A DNA stretch of 49,428 nucleotides from Planctomycetota bacterium (GCA_048498455.1 JBEHXY010000001.1:1-49428), one strand, 5' to 3'. Counted from the stretch's first letter, positions 29,656-40,878 are shown. The notes: generated from the sequence alone by a model not told the origin. Made by a program: numbers and translations.

Positions 29656-30066
29656 TCACTCGATCGGATCCTTCTCCTGCTCCGCCACCCCCTCATCGCT
29701 TTCCAGTTGTCCGCCGGTGGGGCCCGTCATCCGCGCGTTGGAGCCGCTCGTCTCGTTGAGGCCGGCATTCCCGCCGCGCTGCATGCCGCGCGCCGCGTCC
29801 GGGTTCTGCCGCGACTCCCGATCGTTCGACAGTGATCCCGTGTAGGAGGAAACCTGGTCCAGCTTCTCGGTCGGCGCGTGCACTTCCTGCCGGTCGCTCG
29901 CCCCCGGGTTGGGCGTGTGCGCATCGATTCCCCGCGCGGTTTTGGCTTCTGCGCTGCCCACATCTTCCAGCCGGTCCGCCCCGCCTGGATTGCGCGCTGC
30001 CGCCGCACGTCCCTGGATTGCCGGGTCACCCGCCATTGCGTCATTTTTCTGATTCTTGTCAGCCAT
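29656..30066 (-). CDS. hypothetical hydrophilic, probably disordered 136-aa protein
   Basis: GGAGG lies 6 nt upstream of the ATG. Codons end in G like other minus genes in this half. There is no hydrophobic segment, and the protein is rich in G/A/D/N/R/Q. Confidence 0.55.
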   Translation of the reverse strand: MADKNQKNDAMAGDPAIQGRAAAARNPGGADRLEDVGSAEAKTARGIDAHTPNPGASDRQEVHAPTEKLDQVSSYTGSLSNDRESRQNPDAARGMQRGGNAGLNETSGSNARMTGPTGGQLESDEGVAEQEKDPIE

Positions 30067-30127
30067 AGGGCACCTCCTTCCCATGGCCAAGAGCAAACCG
30101 CCGACCGGGCCGTTACAATCGGCCGTC

Positions 30128-31159
30128 ATGAAAGAACTGCTTGCCCAGCTGCTCCGCGGCACCCCGCTCACTTATGAGCAGGCCGAGAGCGCCTTCACCG
30201 ACATCATGGACGGCACCGCCGATCCGGCGCAGACTGCCTCCCTGCTCACCCTGCTCGCCGCCCGCGAGCCCACCGTTGAGGAACTCCACGGGGCCGCCAC
30301 CGTCATGCGGCGGCACGTCGTCGCAATCGACGCCCCCGAAAACGTCGTCGATACCTGTGGTACCGGCGGCGTGGGCTCCCATCTCTTCAACATTTCCACC
30401 ACCGCCGCGATCGTCGCCGCCGCCTGCGGCGCCTTCGTCGCCAAGCACGGCAACCGCTCGATCACCAGCCGCTCCGGCTCCTCCGACGTCCTCCGCATCC
30501 TCGGCGTCAATATCGAAACCACCCCCGAGCAGGAAGCCTGCTGCCTCCGACAGGCCCACATCTGCTTCGCCTATGCCCCCCGCCACCATCCGGCCATGAA
30601 GCACGTCGCCGCCATTCGCCAGGCCTTGGGCTTCTCCACGCTTTTCAACCTTCTGGGCCCGCTCACGAACCCCGCCGGCTCGCGCCGCCAGGTCGTCGGC
30701 ACGCGCTCGCCGGAACTTGCCGATAAACTGCTCGATGTCCTCATCCGCCTGGGTGCTCAGCGCACGCTCCTGCTCGTGGGCAGCGACACCACCATGGGCA
30801 CCATCTGCGACATCTCCGTTACCGGTCCCACCCGCGTGGCGGAGTTCGACGCCCAGACCAACAGCGCCCGCCGCTACACCCTCACCCCCGAGGAACTCGG
30901 CCTCCGCCGCCATCCCTCCGCCGCACCTTTGGAAATTCGTTCGGTCGAAGACTCCGCCGCCCGGGTGCGCTCCGTTCTTTCCGGAACCCCCGGGCCCGCG
31001 CGCGATATCGTCCTGGCCAACGCGGCCGCCGCCCTCTGGGTCGCTGGCGAGGTCGACACCATCGCCGCCGGCATTCCCCGGGCCGCCCATGCGATCGATT
31101 CCGGCGCCGCCCTCGGCACGCTCGAACGCCTCATCGCCTGCAGCCACCAGCCTGCCTGA
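30128..31159 (+). CDS. trpD: anthranilate phosphoribosyltransferase
   Basis: MKELLAQLLRGTPLTYEQAESAF..., DTCGTGGVGSHLFNISTTAAIVAAACG, VAKHGNRSITSRSGSSDVL. There is no clear SD, and ATG 30083 or 30056 are alternatives. Confidence 0.85.
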   Translation: MKELLAQLLRGTPLTYEQAESAFTDIMDGTADPAQTASLLTLLAAREPTVEELHGAATVMRRHVVAIDAPENVVDTCGTGGVGSHLFNISTTAAIVAAACGAFVAKHGNRSITSRSGSSDVLRILGVNIETTPEQEACCLRQAHICFAYAPRHHPAMKHVAAIRQALGFSTLFNLLGPLTNPAGSRRQVVGTRSPELADKLLDVLIRLGAQRTLLLVGSDTTMGTICDISVTGPTRVAEFDAQTNSARRYTLTPEELGLRRHPSAAPLEIRSVEDSAARVRSVLSGTPGPARDIVLANAAAALWVAGEVDTIAAGIPRAAHAIDSGAALGTLERLIACSHQPA

Positions 31160-31439
31160 CGCCCCCGGTATCTGCAAGACGACGGCGGGGGAAATCCCAC
31201 CACAACCCCCGCGGCCCCACCGAAGCCCCCATTTTCCCGCCGCACAGCCTCCCCCTTATCGGCCATAGCGTCTTTTTCAAAACTCTGCCGAAAAAAGGGA
31301 ACAGGCTGCAACTTTTCACGCGCCCGCTGCGTTGAGTAAGTGAAAGCCTTATACATTTGTTGGTCATGGATGACTGACGCCATTCTTCTACAAGCCGCGG
31401 TGCAAATCCCCTCTGCGCCGCCTGCGATGGGAGCGTGTT

Positions 31440-31694
31440 GTGTCCGACGCCACTGTGCAGCGTCCCCGCCTCCGGGGTTTCCTTCTCACCACCCTTCTTC
31501 TCGGTACGGTTGCCCTTTCGACCGCTGCCACCCCCGCCGCCGCGACGCCCGCGACGATTGGATCCGCGGCCACGAACGTTCGCCCGCCGGTCCAACTGGC
31601 CGATGAAATCGTCCGGCGCCTCCGTCGTCTCGGCATTAATTTCAGCAAAAGCCGCCTCGATCGCCCCTACGACCCCGATGGTGAGATCTGCTGA
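31440..31694 (+). CDS. weak candidate small secreted protein (84 aa)
   Basis: GTG preceded by gggag at a 6-nt spacing. The N-terminus is signal-peptide-like (RLRGFLLTTLLLGTVALSTAA). Codons end in C as in other + genes here. No homology recognised. Confidence 0.3.
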   Translation: MSDATVQRPRLRGFLLTTLLLGTVALSTAATPAAATPATIGSAATNVRPPVQLADEIVRRLRRLGINFSKSRLDRPYDPDGEIC

Positions 31695-32004
31695 CGTCTG
31701 GTCGTCGTTTCGGACGTTCGCGGATACGTCAAAATGTCGCCTGCCAGCCGCGCGACGCACCCCGCTTCCCGTCTTTTCTCCCCAATTGCGATGCGCCCTG
31801 CCCACAGGCACCTCATCCGCAACAGCCCCATTTTCTTGAACTTACTCTCCAGCCAGCCGCACCGCCGGCCCGCCAAGGGTGCGCTCACGGCCACATGCCC
31901 CCTGAGAAACGATGCTTTGGCATACGCGCTGCTGATTGAACATGCAGGCAATCGCTCGCAATCGTGTTCGAGCCCGCCCTCGCCGTTCTTCCAGGAGCAA
32001 CCCT

Positions 32005-32466
32005 ATGAAACTCTACGCCCCCTGTCTGGCAGTCGCCTTGGTGGCTGCGTCCTCTCTGGCTGGCTGCACTGGCCCACGCCGCAACGAAGCGGCCGCCCCC
32101 GCCATCATGCTCACCGTCTCGCACCGCACGGTCGAGACCGGCGAACGCACTCGCGTCACGGCCCGCACCGTGAACCTCATTGGCACCCAGGGCATCCGCT
32201 GGACCGTCACCCCCACCACCGCCCAGATCGCCCCCGAAGGCAACAATGGCCTCTCCGCCATGTTCACCGCCAATGAGCCCGGAACTTACCAGATCACCGC
32301 CGCCGCCGATGCCGGCAATGGCCGCTGGGTCGAAGACTACACCAACATCACCGTCAACGGCGTCATCATCAACGGTCGCGACGTCAATGACCGCAATGTC
32401 CCCGGCAGCCCCACCTACAACCCCAACCCGAACCCCAACCCCAATCCCAATCCGCCGCTGCGCTAA
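32005..32466 (+). CDS. lipoprotein with Ig-like beta domain and C-terminal (NP)5 repeat
   Basis: AGGAG lies 7 nt upstream of the ATG. Lipobox LAGC sits in MKLYAPCLAVALVAASSLAGC. The tail is NPNPNPNPNPNPPLR. Confidence 0.7.
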   Translation: MKLYAPCLAVALVAASSLAGCTGPRRNEAAAPAIMLTVSHRTVETGERTRVTARTVNLIGTQGIRWTVTPTTAQIAPEGNNGLSAMFTANEPGTYQITAAADAGNGRWVEDYTNITVNGVIINGRDVNDRNVPGSPTYNPNPNPNPNPNPPLR

Positions 32467-32569
32467 GTGACACCGCCGCGGGCTTCTCCCGCGGCTTCTG
32501 ATTGTTTGCTTCGCCGGGCCTTCGGGCGCCGGCAACCATCTCCGGGCAGCGTGGGGCGCTCTGAGATCT

Positions 32570-32598
32570 GAACACCCGTGGCTTGGCCACGGGTGTTC
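32570..32598. terminator. strong hairpin between convergent genes (13-bp perfect stem, 3-nt loop)
   Basis: GAACACCCGTGGC-ttg-GCCACGGGTGTTC is followed on the + strand by cgcTTTTg. Confidence 0.55.
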
Positions 32599-32628
32599 CG
32601 CTTTTGCGCGATAGTTTTCCGCCCCGCC

Positions 32629-33117
32629 TCAGCCCCCGCCAAACAGCAATGGCTTGGTCCGTCGCAACCGCTCCCGACCCCACCGCCGCGCCGGACCAAA
32701 CGTCGGCAACGCCGCCCACGCCCGCACCGCCGCCTCAAACGACGTGCTGCTCACCAGCAGGCACGCCAGCGGCAGTTTCGTCGATCGGCCCACCCACCAC
32801 AGCAGCACCCGCGACGACCACGGCACCCGCGCAATCCGGCACAGCTCCCGTCCCAGTTTCCCCACATTGTCCGGCGGACCCGCTTCCTTCCGCCGCTGCC
32901 GCACATGCAGGAACACCCCCAACAGCAGCACCAGCAGCACCACCACCATCAGGCCGCTGTTCCGGGCGCTGTCGCGGGTCGTCCCGGACTGATACGCCCG
33001 CAGCCCGCTCTTCAACTCCGAAAAAGTCAGCCCATGCTGCACCGGCGCCGCCGGTGGCGCCGGGGCGGGGGGTTGTTCCCATGGAGGCGTCTGCGCCAGC
33101 GAAAACAGCGGATGCAT
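32629..33117 (-). CDS. hypothetical one-TM protein translationally coupled to the upstream HEAT-repeat gene
   Basis: Its ATG lies 2 nt after the HEAT gene stop (TGA-AC-ATG). The TM helix is GLMVVVLLVLLLGVFLHV. Codons end in G as in other minus genes here. Confidence 0.6.
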   Translation of the reverse strand: MHPLFSLAQTPPWEQPPAPAPPAAPVQHGLTFSELKSGLRAYQSGTTRDSARNSGLMVVVLLVLLLGVFLHVRQRRKEAGPPDNVGKLGRELCRIARVPWSSRVLLWWVGRSTKLPLACLLVSSTSFEAAVRAWAALPTFGPARRWGRERLRRTKPLLFGGG

Positions 33118-33119
33118 GT

Positions 33120-35048
33120 TCAAACTCCCGCCGGTAATTGCGTGTTCAATGTGTCCAGCATCGTCTCCGCCCGGCGGCGGACGCGCACGTTCGGATCCCG
33201 CCGGGCAATGCTCGAGACCTGCCGGATCATTTCCAGCAACTGCAGCTGCTCGACCACGAACAACGCCGAAATCCGATGAATCGGGTTCGGATCCGCCAGC
33301 ATCTTCACCAGGCACTCGCGCGCCGTCGCAAAATCAAACTGGCTGATGGCCTTGATCGCATTGGCCCGCTCGCGGTTGTGCCGAGAGTTCAGCATCGCCA
33401 GCACCTGCTGCGACTTGTCCGCGATGTGCAGCTGCGCCATGCTCTCCACCGCGTTCGCGCGCACCCGCGAATCCGTGTGATGGGCCGAAAGCTCCAGCAG
33501 GTCCTTCAGCCGCGGATCGTTCAACTGCCCCGCCAGGCGCACCGCGATCGCCGCCACCCGCGCGTCGGCATGACCGCACAGCGCGATGATCTGCCCCCGG
33601 TACGCCGTCAGCGATGGCAGCGACGCCAGCATCTTCAGCCCCTGCGCCAGTTCCGTCACCTGGGTCGCCGCCAGCTTTGTTTTCAGTGATTCCACAAACG
33701 CCGGATCATTCGCCGCCGCCCGCGTCTGGTGGTGCTGCATCGCCGGCGGAAGCTTGGCGTACTGTCCCCACACCTGCTCAAAAGAAGCCGCCCGCGTTTC
33801 CGCAGCTGCCTGCGTTTTCATGCCCACCGGCCGCGGCATCGGCGCCCGGCCTCCCTGCTGCACGATCCGCCGCACCGAGGCGTGCGGGCTCGTCGCCAGT
33901 TTCGCCGCTTGCGCTTTCCAATCCCAATGTGCCTGCCCGGCATAGCGCCGTTCCACCAGGTAACGCGTCGCGATCCGTGCCGTCCGTTCGTCCCGGTCCT
34001 GCGCAATCCGCAGCAGCACCGATCCCGCCTCGGCCGCCGGCGTTCGCGATGCGGCCGTCGCCACCGCCACCCGGCAGGCAATCCCCTCGTCTCCCTCGGG
34101 CGCCTTGTCCAGGATGTCCGCCATCACCGCCGCCTTCTGCGCCCCGGGAAGCGCCAGCGCCTCCACCAGGGGCAGCCACTGCGGCCAATTCTCCGCCGTG
34201 ATCAACTGGTGTTTCTTGCCCGCCACAAAGAGCTTCGCGTGCGTCACCGTCCCCGCCGCCGTTCGCACCAGCGGATCGACCAGGCGGTAGGATTCCTTCA
34301 GCAGCCCCAGCACCACTTCCGGCAATTCCACCGCACTCAGCCCCGCACTCGCCGCCGCTTTGAGCGTCGAAGTCAGCCCCAGCAGCAGCCCGCGCGCGAT
34401 GATTGGGTCCTGCGCGTTGCGCAGGATCAGCGTCCCCGCGCGCGTCAGTTCATCGTACGTGTCGCCAAAACTTGCCCACAGCGCCCCATCCTGCTGCCGC
34501 TCCAGTGCCAGCGCCGCCGTCACCGCCGCCCCCTGCCGATGTGTTTTGAATTGCCGCAGCCCCCGCTCAATCGCCCGGTCCATCTGCTGCGCATCATCCG
34601 CCGACGTCGCCGGCTGCTCCTCCGGTGAGCGCTTCAAGTAGGTCCGCAACGTCTCCAGCAGCGCCCGCCCCGCCAGCTCGCGCACCGCCGGCCGCCGATC
34701 CACCAGCGCCTCCGCCAGCAAAAACGTCAGCTTCACATCCGCGCACCGCCGCACGATGGCGATGATGTTCTCCCGCGCCGGCCCGTTCGAATCCTGCATC
34801 GTCTCTGCCAGCGGGCCAAACAGGTCCCGCGGGTTGGCCACGATCTGCCCCTGCACCTGGTCGTCTAGCCGGTTGAAGGCCCGGATCAGCGCCACCCACC
34901 CCGCACGCCGGTTCCGCTTCAGCAGCACCTGCGCCAACTCCCGCTGCTCCTCCGGCGGCGCTTCGGCAAGCACCATGTCGATGACCCGCTCCGCCGCCGC
35001 ATTGCGGGTCGACAGGAGATGTTCCAGGATGTCGTGACGTGCGGACAT
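33120..35048 (-). CDS. HEAT-repeat (PBS-lyase-like repeat) protein, function unknown
   Basis: 642 aa and all-alpha. C-terminal repeats include HADARVAAIAVRLAG, HTDSRVRANAVESMAQ, NRERANAIKAISQ, DPNPIHRISALFVVEQL and DPNVRVRRRAETML. Confidence 0.7.
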   Translation of the reverse strand: MSARHDILEHLLSTRNAAAERVIDMVLAEAPPEEQRELAQVLLKRNRRAGWVALIRAFNRLDDQVQGQIVANPRDLFGPLAETMQDSNGPARENIIAIVRRCADVKLTFLLAEALVDRRPAVRELAGRALLETLRTYLKRSPEEQPATSADDAQQMDRAIERGLRQFKTHRQGAAVTAALALERQQDGALWASFGDTYDELTRAGTLILRNAQDPIIARGLLLGLTSTLKAAASAGLSAVELPEVVLGLLKESYRLVDPLVRTAAGTVTHAKLFVAGKKHQLITAENWPQWLPLVEALALPGAQKAAVMADILDKAPEGDEGIACRVAVATAASRTPAAEAGSVLLRIAQDRDERTARIATRYLVERRYAGQAHWDWKAQAAKLATSPHASVRRIVQQGGRAPMPRPVGMKTQAAAETRAASFEQVWGQYAKLPPAMQHHQTRAAANDPAFVESLKTKLAATQVTELAQGLKMLASLPSLTAYRGQIIALCGHADARVAAIAVRLAGQLNDPRLKDLLELSAHHTDSRVRANAVESMAQLHIADKSQQVLAMLNSRHNRERANAIKAISQFDFATARECLVKMLADPNPIHRISALFVVEQLQLLEMIRQVSSIARRDPNVRVRRRAETMLDTLNTQLPAGV

Positions 35049-35274
35049 AAACCTTCATCCAGGGTGCTGCGAACTCGGACGTTGTCACTGGTTATCGGTA
35101 ACAATCGCGCGCGGGTTTCGTCCAACCCCCCATAACTCCCTGCGCCCCGTAAAAACCCCGGCTCCGTTCCCCCTCCCGACACCGCTGGATTTACACTACC
35201 CCCATGGACCCGTAATATGGGCTTTTACGGGGCATTGCGAGGGGAAAACAACGGTTTTATGGAGCACTTACCCC

Positions 35275-36471
35275 ATGGCCCAGGCCCCCGCGACGCCTAC
35301 CCCCTCCGCCGCCGCCTCCCCCAAAACGGCCACGCCCCCGGCAGTTCCCCTGTTTGAACTCGCCACCCAATGGCAAATCATCCGCAATGACGTCGAAGCC
35401 GCCGTCAAGGAGGTCCTCGACACCCAGCAGTACACCTCCGGCGCCACCTCCGGCCCTTTCGTTGGTCGCTTCGAAGAGAACCTCGGCAAGCAGCTCGGCG
35501 CCCATGTCATCGCCCTCTCCTCCGGCACCGACGCCATCCTCGCCGCCCTCATGGCCCTCAACATCGGCCGCGACAAAAACGACCGCCGTCACGAAGTCAT
35601 CACCACCCCATTCACCTTCTTCGCCACCGCCGGCTGCATCGTGCGCTCCGGGGCCAAGCCCGTCTTTGTCGACATCGACCCCGCCACCTTCCTAATGGAT
35701 ATCCCCCAGGCGCAGGCCGCCGTCACCGCGCAAACCAAAGCCATCGTTCCCGTTCACCTGTATGGGCAGATGCTCGACACCAACGCGCTCGCCGCCATTG
35801 CGGAAAAGCACCAGCTCGACATCATCGAAGACGCCGCCCAATCCATTGGCGCCCGCGATTCCCACGGCAAACAGATCGCCCAAAATGCCCGCTGCGCCTG
35901 CCTCAGCTTCTATCCCACCAAGAACCTCGGTGCCGCCGGTGACGCCGGGGCCCTCGTCACCCGCGATGACGCCCTCGCCACCCGCTTCCGCCAGACCCGC
36001 CAGCACGGCGAAACCTCCCGCTACCACCACGATTTCGTCGGCGGCAATTTCCGCATGGACGCCCTTCAGGCCGCCGTCCTCAACGTCAAACTCAAGTGGC
36101 TCGACGGCTGGAACAACCGCCGCCGCGCCATCGCCGCCCACTACACCCAGCGCTTCACCAACTCGCCCGTCCTCCCGCCGGTCGAACTCCCCGGCGTCCA
36201 CCACGTCTACCACCAGTACGTCATCCGCGTCCCCGGCGGCCGCCGCGACGCCCTCCGCGACCACCTCTCCAAAAACGGCATCGGCGCTAACATCTACTAC
36301 CCCAAGAGCCTGCACATGCAGGCCTGCTTCGCCGATCTGGGCTACAAAGCCGGGGCCTTCCCCCACGCCGAAAAAGCCTGCGAAGAAGTGCTCGCCCTCC
36401 CCATCTTCCCCGAACTCACCGACGCCCAGGTCGAACGCGTCGCCGACACCCTCCTCGCGTTCTTCCGCTGA
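35275..36471 (+). CDS. DegT/DnrJ/EryC1/StrS-family PLP-dependent sugar aminotransferase
   Basis: AVPLFELATQW...DTQQYTSG; IALSSGTDAI; SFYPTKNLGAAGDAGA (PLP-Lys context). It has an N-terminal Ala/Pro-rich extension of about 25 aa. Confidence 0.85.
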   Translation: MAQAPATPTPSAAASPKTATPPAVPLFELATQWQIIRNDVEAAVKEVLDTQQYTSGATSGPFVGRFEENLGKQLGAHVIALSSGTDAILAALMALNIGRDKNDRRHEVITTPFTFFATAGCIVRSGAKPVFVDIDPATFLMDIPQAQAAVTAQTKAIVPVHLYGQMLDTNALAAIAEKHQLDIIEDAAQSIGARDSHGKQIAQNARCACLSFYPTKNLGAAGDAGALVTRDDALATRFRQTRQHGETSRYHHDFVGGNFRMDALQAAVLNVKLKWLDGWNNRRRAIAAHYTQRFTNSPVLPPVELPGVHHVYHQYVIRVPGGRRDALRDHLSKNGIGANIYYPKSLHMQACFADLGYKAGAFPHAEKACEEVLALPIFPELTDAQVERVADTLLAFFR

Positions 36472-36491
36472 ACGCTTTTGCCGGGCCCACC

Positions 36492-37580
36492 ATGACCACG
36501 CACCATCCGACCTCCCGTCCTCCCACCCTCCAGTGGATCGGCGACATCGACGGCCATCTCGATATCCTCGACCAGCGGGCCCTGCCCACCCACACCCGGA
36601 TCCTCTCCCTCCATTCCGTCCAGCAAGTCTGGGACGCCATCAAAACCCTCGCCGTCCGCGGTGCCCCCGCCATTGGTTGCGCCGCCGCTTACGGCATGGT
36701 CATCGCCGCCCGTGCCATCTCCACCACCTCCCAGGCCGCCGACCTCATTGCCGCCCTCCGCAAAGAGGGCGACCATCTCAAATCCTCACGCCCCACCGCC
36801 GTCAACCTCGAATGGGCGGTCGAGCGCATGCTCCGCGTCGCCGTCGCCGAGCGCGGCGTCGGCGTCCGCCCGCTGCAGAACCGCCTCCTCCAGGAAGCCC
36901 ACCGCATCCTTGAAGAAGACCGCCAGATGTGCCTCGCCATCGGACGCCACGGCGCCCACTTCATCCGCCCCAACAGCGGCATTCTCACCCACTGCAACGC
37001 CGGAGCCCTCGCCACCTCCGACCACGGCACCGCCCTCTCGCTGATGTATGAGGCCCAGCGCCAAGGCATCGCCTTCCACGTCTTCGCCGACGAAACACGC
37101 CCCCTCCTCCAGGGCGCACGCCTCACCGCCTGGGAACTTCAGGCCAGCGGCATCGACACCACCCTCATCTGTGACAACATGGCCGGCCTCGTAATGCGCC
37201 AGAAAAAAGTCGACCTCGTCGTCGTCGGCGCCGACCGCATCGCCAGAAACGGCGACACCGCCAACAAGATCGGCACCTACTCCGTCGCCACCCTCGCCCG
37301 CGCCCACAACATTCCCTTCCTCGTCGCCGCCCCCTCCTCCACCTTCGACCTCTCCCTCCCCACCGGCGATTCCATCCCCATCGAAGAACGCGCCCCCGAA
37401 GAAATCGCCGAAGGCTTCGGACCGCGCACCGCTCCCCCCGGCATCCACGCCTACAACCCCGCCTTCGACGTCACCCCCGCATCACTGATCACCGCCATCA
37501 TCACCGAGCGCGGCATCATCTCCCCCGTCAACGCCGACACCGTGTCCGCAATGGTCGAAACGTCCGCGAAAAGTGGCTAA
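36492..37580 (+). CDS. mtnA: S-methyl-5-thioribose-1-phosphate isomerase
   Basis: VRGAPAIGCAAAYG, THCNAGALAT, VVGADRIARNGDTANKIGTYSVA. Confidence 0.9.
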   Translation: MTTHHPTSRPPTLQWIGDIDGHLDILDQRALPTHTRILSLHSVQQVWDAIKTLAVRGAPAIGCAAAYGMVIAARAISTTSQAADLIAALRKEGDHLKSSRPTAVNLEWAVERMLRVAVAERGVGVRPLQNRLLQEAHRILEEDRQMCLAIGRHGAHFIRPNSGILTHCNAGALATSDHGTALSLMYEAQRQGIAFHVFADETRPLLQGARLTAWELQASGIDTTLICDNMAGLVMRQKKVDLVVVGADRIARNGDTANKIGTYSVATLARAHNIPFLVAAPSSTFDLSLPTGDSIPIEERAPEEIAEGFGPRTAPPGIHAYNPAFDVTPASLITAIITERGIISPVNADTVSAMVETSAKSG

Positions 37581-37646
37581 CGCCACCCGCCGCGGACGCA
37601 CCCCTCCCTTCGTTGTCTCCGAAACTCGCTCCCGCCCCCGCGGCGA

Positions 37647-37931
37647 TCACCGCTTCTCGTCGCCCCGATCCCCCTGCCCCTTCTTCGCCACCCTCTTCGC
37701 CTTCTTCCGCCGATCGGCCGACAGACTGCGGCTCACATCATCGCTCTCCTTGAACTGCCCCTGTCCATCCCGCCGCACATAACGCTTGTCCCCGCGCGGT
37801 GCAATCAGCGTCCGCTTCGACGCCCCGCCCTTCTTCCCGCCCTTCGCTCCCCCGCCCTTGCCCTTCGCCCCGCCCGACGACTTCTTCGCCGATCCCTTTG
37901 ATGCAGATTTCTTCGTCGCTGTCTTCGCCAT
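37647..37931 (-). CDS. small Lys/Gly-rich basic protein (94 aa), function unknown
   Basis: GGAGG lies 8 nt upstream of the ATG and codons end in G. The central block [34 protein letters not shown] resembles a conserved small-protein family I cannot name. Confidence 0.65.
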   Translation of the reverse strand: MAKTATKKSASKGSAKKSSGGAKGKGGGAKGGKKGGASKRTLIAPRGDKRYVRRDGQGQFKESDDVSRSLSADRRKKAKRVAKKGQGDRGDEKR

Positions 37932-38106
37932 GAGTCATTCCTCCAAAGAACCAGAAGCGATACGTCGATACATGCAAATCGCCTGCCCAAACCACACAAT
38001 CCTGCACGACCGTTCGCACCCACCCCAACCCATGGCCCGCCGCGCCACGCTCGCCAAACCTCTCGCCCCTGCTATGATTTCGCCGCACCCACGCAAGGAG
38101 CCCGCC

Positions 38107-39174
<1,068 letters not shown>

Positions 39175-39197
39175 AATCCCCCTCACCGAAAGCCGCC

Positions 39198-39368
39198 ATG
39201 CGCCCCCTCGCCATCCTCCTCATCGCCCTCGCCGTCCTCCTCATCACCTTCGGCCGCCTGCACGTCCGCCGCGCCCGCCACGCCCCTTCCACCTCCCGCC
39301 GCGCCCTGGGCTGGCTGCTCACCTTCGTCGGCTTCCTCCTTATGATCGCCGGCGTCGTCCTTTGGTAA
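39198..39368 (+). CDS. candidate 56-aa two-TM membrane peptide
   Basis: It starts 24 nt after the isomerase stop. MRPLAILLIALAVLLITFG...LGWLLTFVGFLLMIAGVVLW. Codons end in C, and there is no clear SD. Confidence 0.35.
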   Translation: MRPLAILLIALAVLLITFGRLHVRRARHAPSTSRRALGWLLTFVGFLLMIAGVVLW

Positions 39369-39441
39369 CCATTCCAGTTTCGCAATCGGCCATTTCCCCC
39401 TACCATACCCCGCTCGGATTTTGTCAATGAAAGGCCCCACC

Positions 39442-40473
<1,032 letters not shown>

Positions 40474-40507
40474 CCCCCAAGCCGTCAGCCCACCCGACGA
40501 CCCCCAA

Positions 40508-40632
40508 CGGGTGCCACGGGTACGGCCCCAACCTCGGGGGCCGTACCCGTGCCTCCGAGGCTCGCATCACCACCTTGCACCCGCACCGATGCCAAGGTTT
40601 TGAGTGTTGGGTTTCGGGTTCGAGTTTTCCCC
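40508..40632 (+). repeat. repeat element copy 1: hairpin core (CACGGGTACGGCCCC / GGGGCCGTACCCGTG, 40515-40551) plus a conserved tail of about 75 nt
   Basis: A direct comparison with 40905-41030 shows the 47-nt core gggtgccacgggtacggccccaacctcgggg(g)ccgtacccgtgcctcc to be near-identical. The tail motifs ttgcacc..gca...atgccaa.gttttgagt are conserved. Confidence 0.85.
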
Positions 40633-40695
40633 TGCGGCCCCACCCCCCATCCGACGCGTACTCCCGGGAACCCCCGCGCCCCCGGAGCCCCCACA

Positions 40696-40878
40696 ATGTC
40701 CACCATCCAACCCGCCAGCGACCTCGAATCCACCCTCTACGCCATCGCCTATGACATCATCAAAAAACACCTCCGCGACCACGCCGACGATCTCAAAACC
40801 GACGACCTCGACACCCCCGAAAAAATCGCCAGCGCCATCTTCCGCACCGTCGCCGCCCTCAAAAAACGCCGCGTCTAA
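40696..40878 (+). CDS. hypothetical 60-aa acidic helical protein flanked by the two repeat copies
   Basis: GGAG lies 9 nt upstream of the ATG and codons end in C. MSTIQPASDLESTLYAIAYDIIKKHLRDHADDLKTDDLDTPEKIASAIFRTVAALKKRRV. Confidence 0.5.
   Translation: MSTIQPASDLESTLYAIAYDIIKKHLRDHADDLKTDDLDTPEKIASAIFRTVAALKKRRV

Noticed and set aside
29600-29660. A tRNA-like T-loop string (gcccgTTCGAATgcctc), with a similar gGGTTCGATTCC at about 49395.
   Set aside because: The flanking bases do not form a T-stem or acceptor stem. The second site lies inside the GH97 coding sequence. No cloverleaf can be drawn.
31131-31811. A 226-aa minus-strand ORF with an RGG-rich stretch downstream of trpD.
   Set aside because: It overlaps the trpD 3' end. 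Its third-position composition is mixed rather than G-ending like genuine minus genes in this half. It has no start context and no motif.
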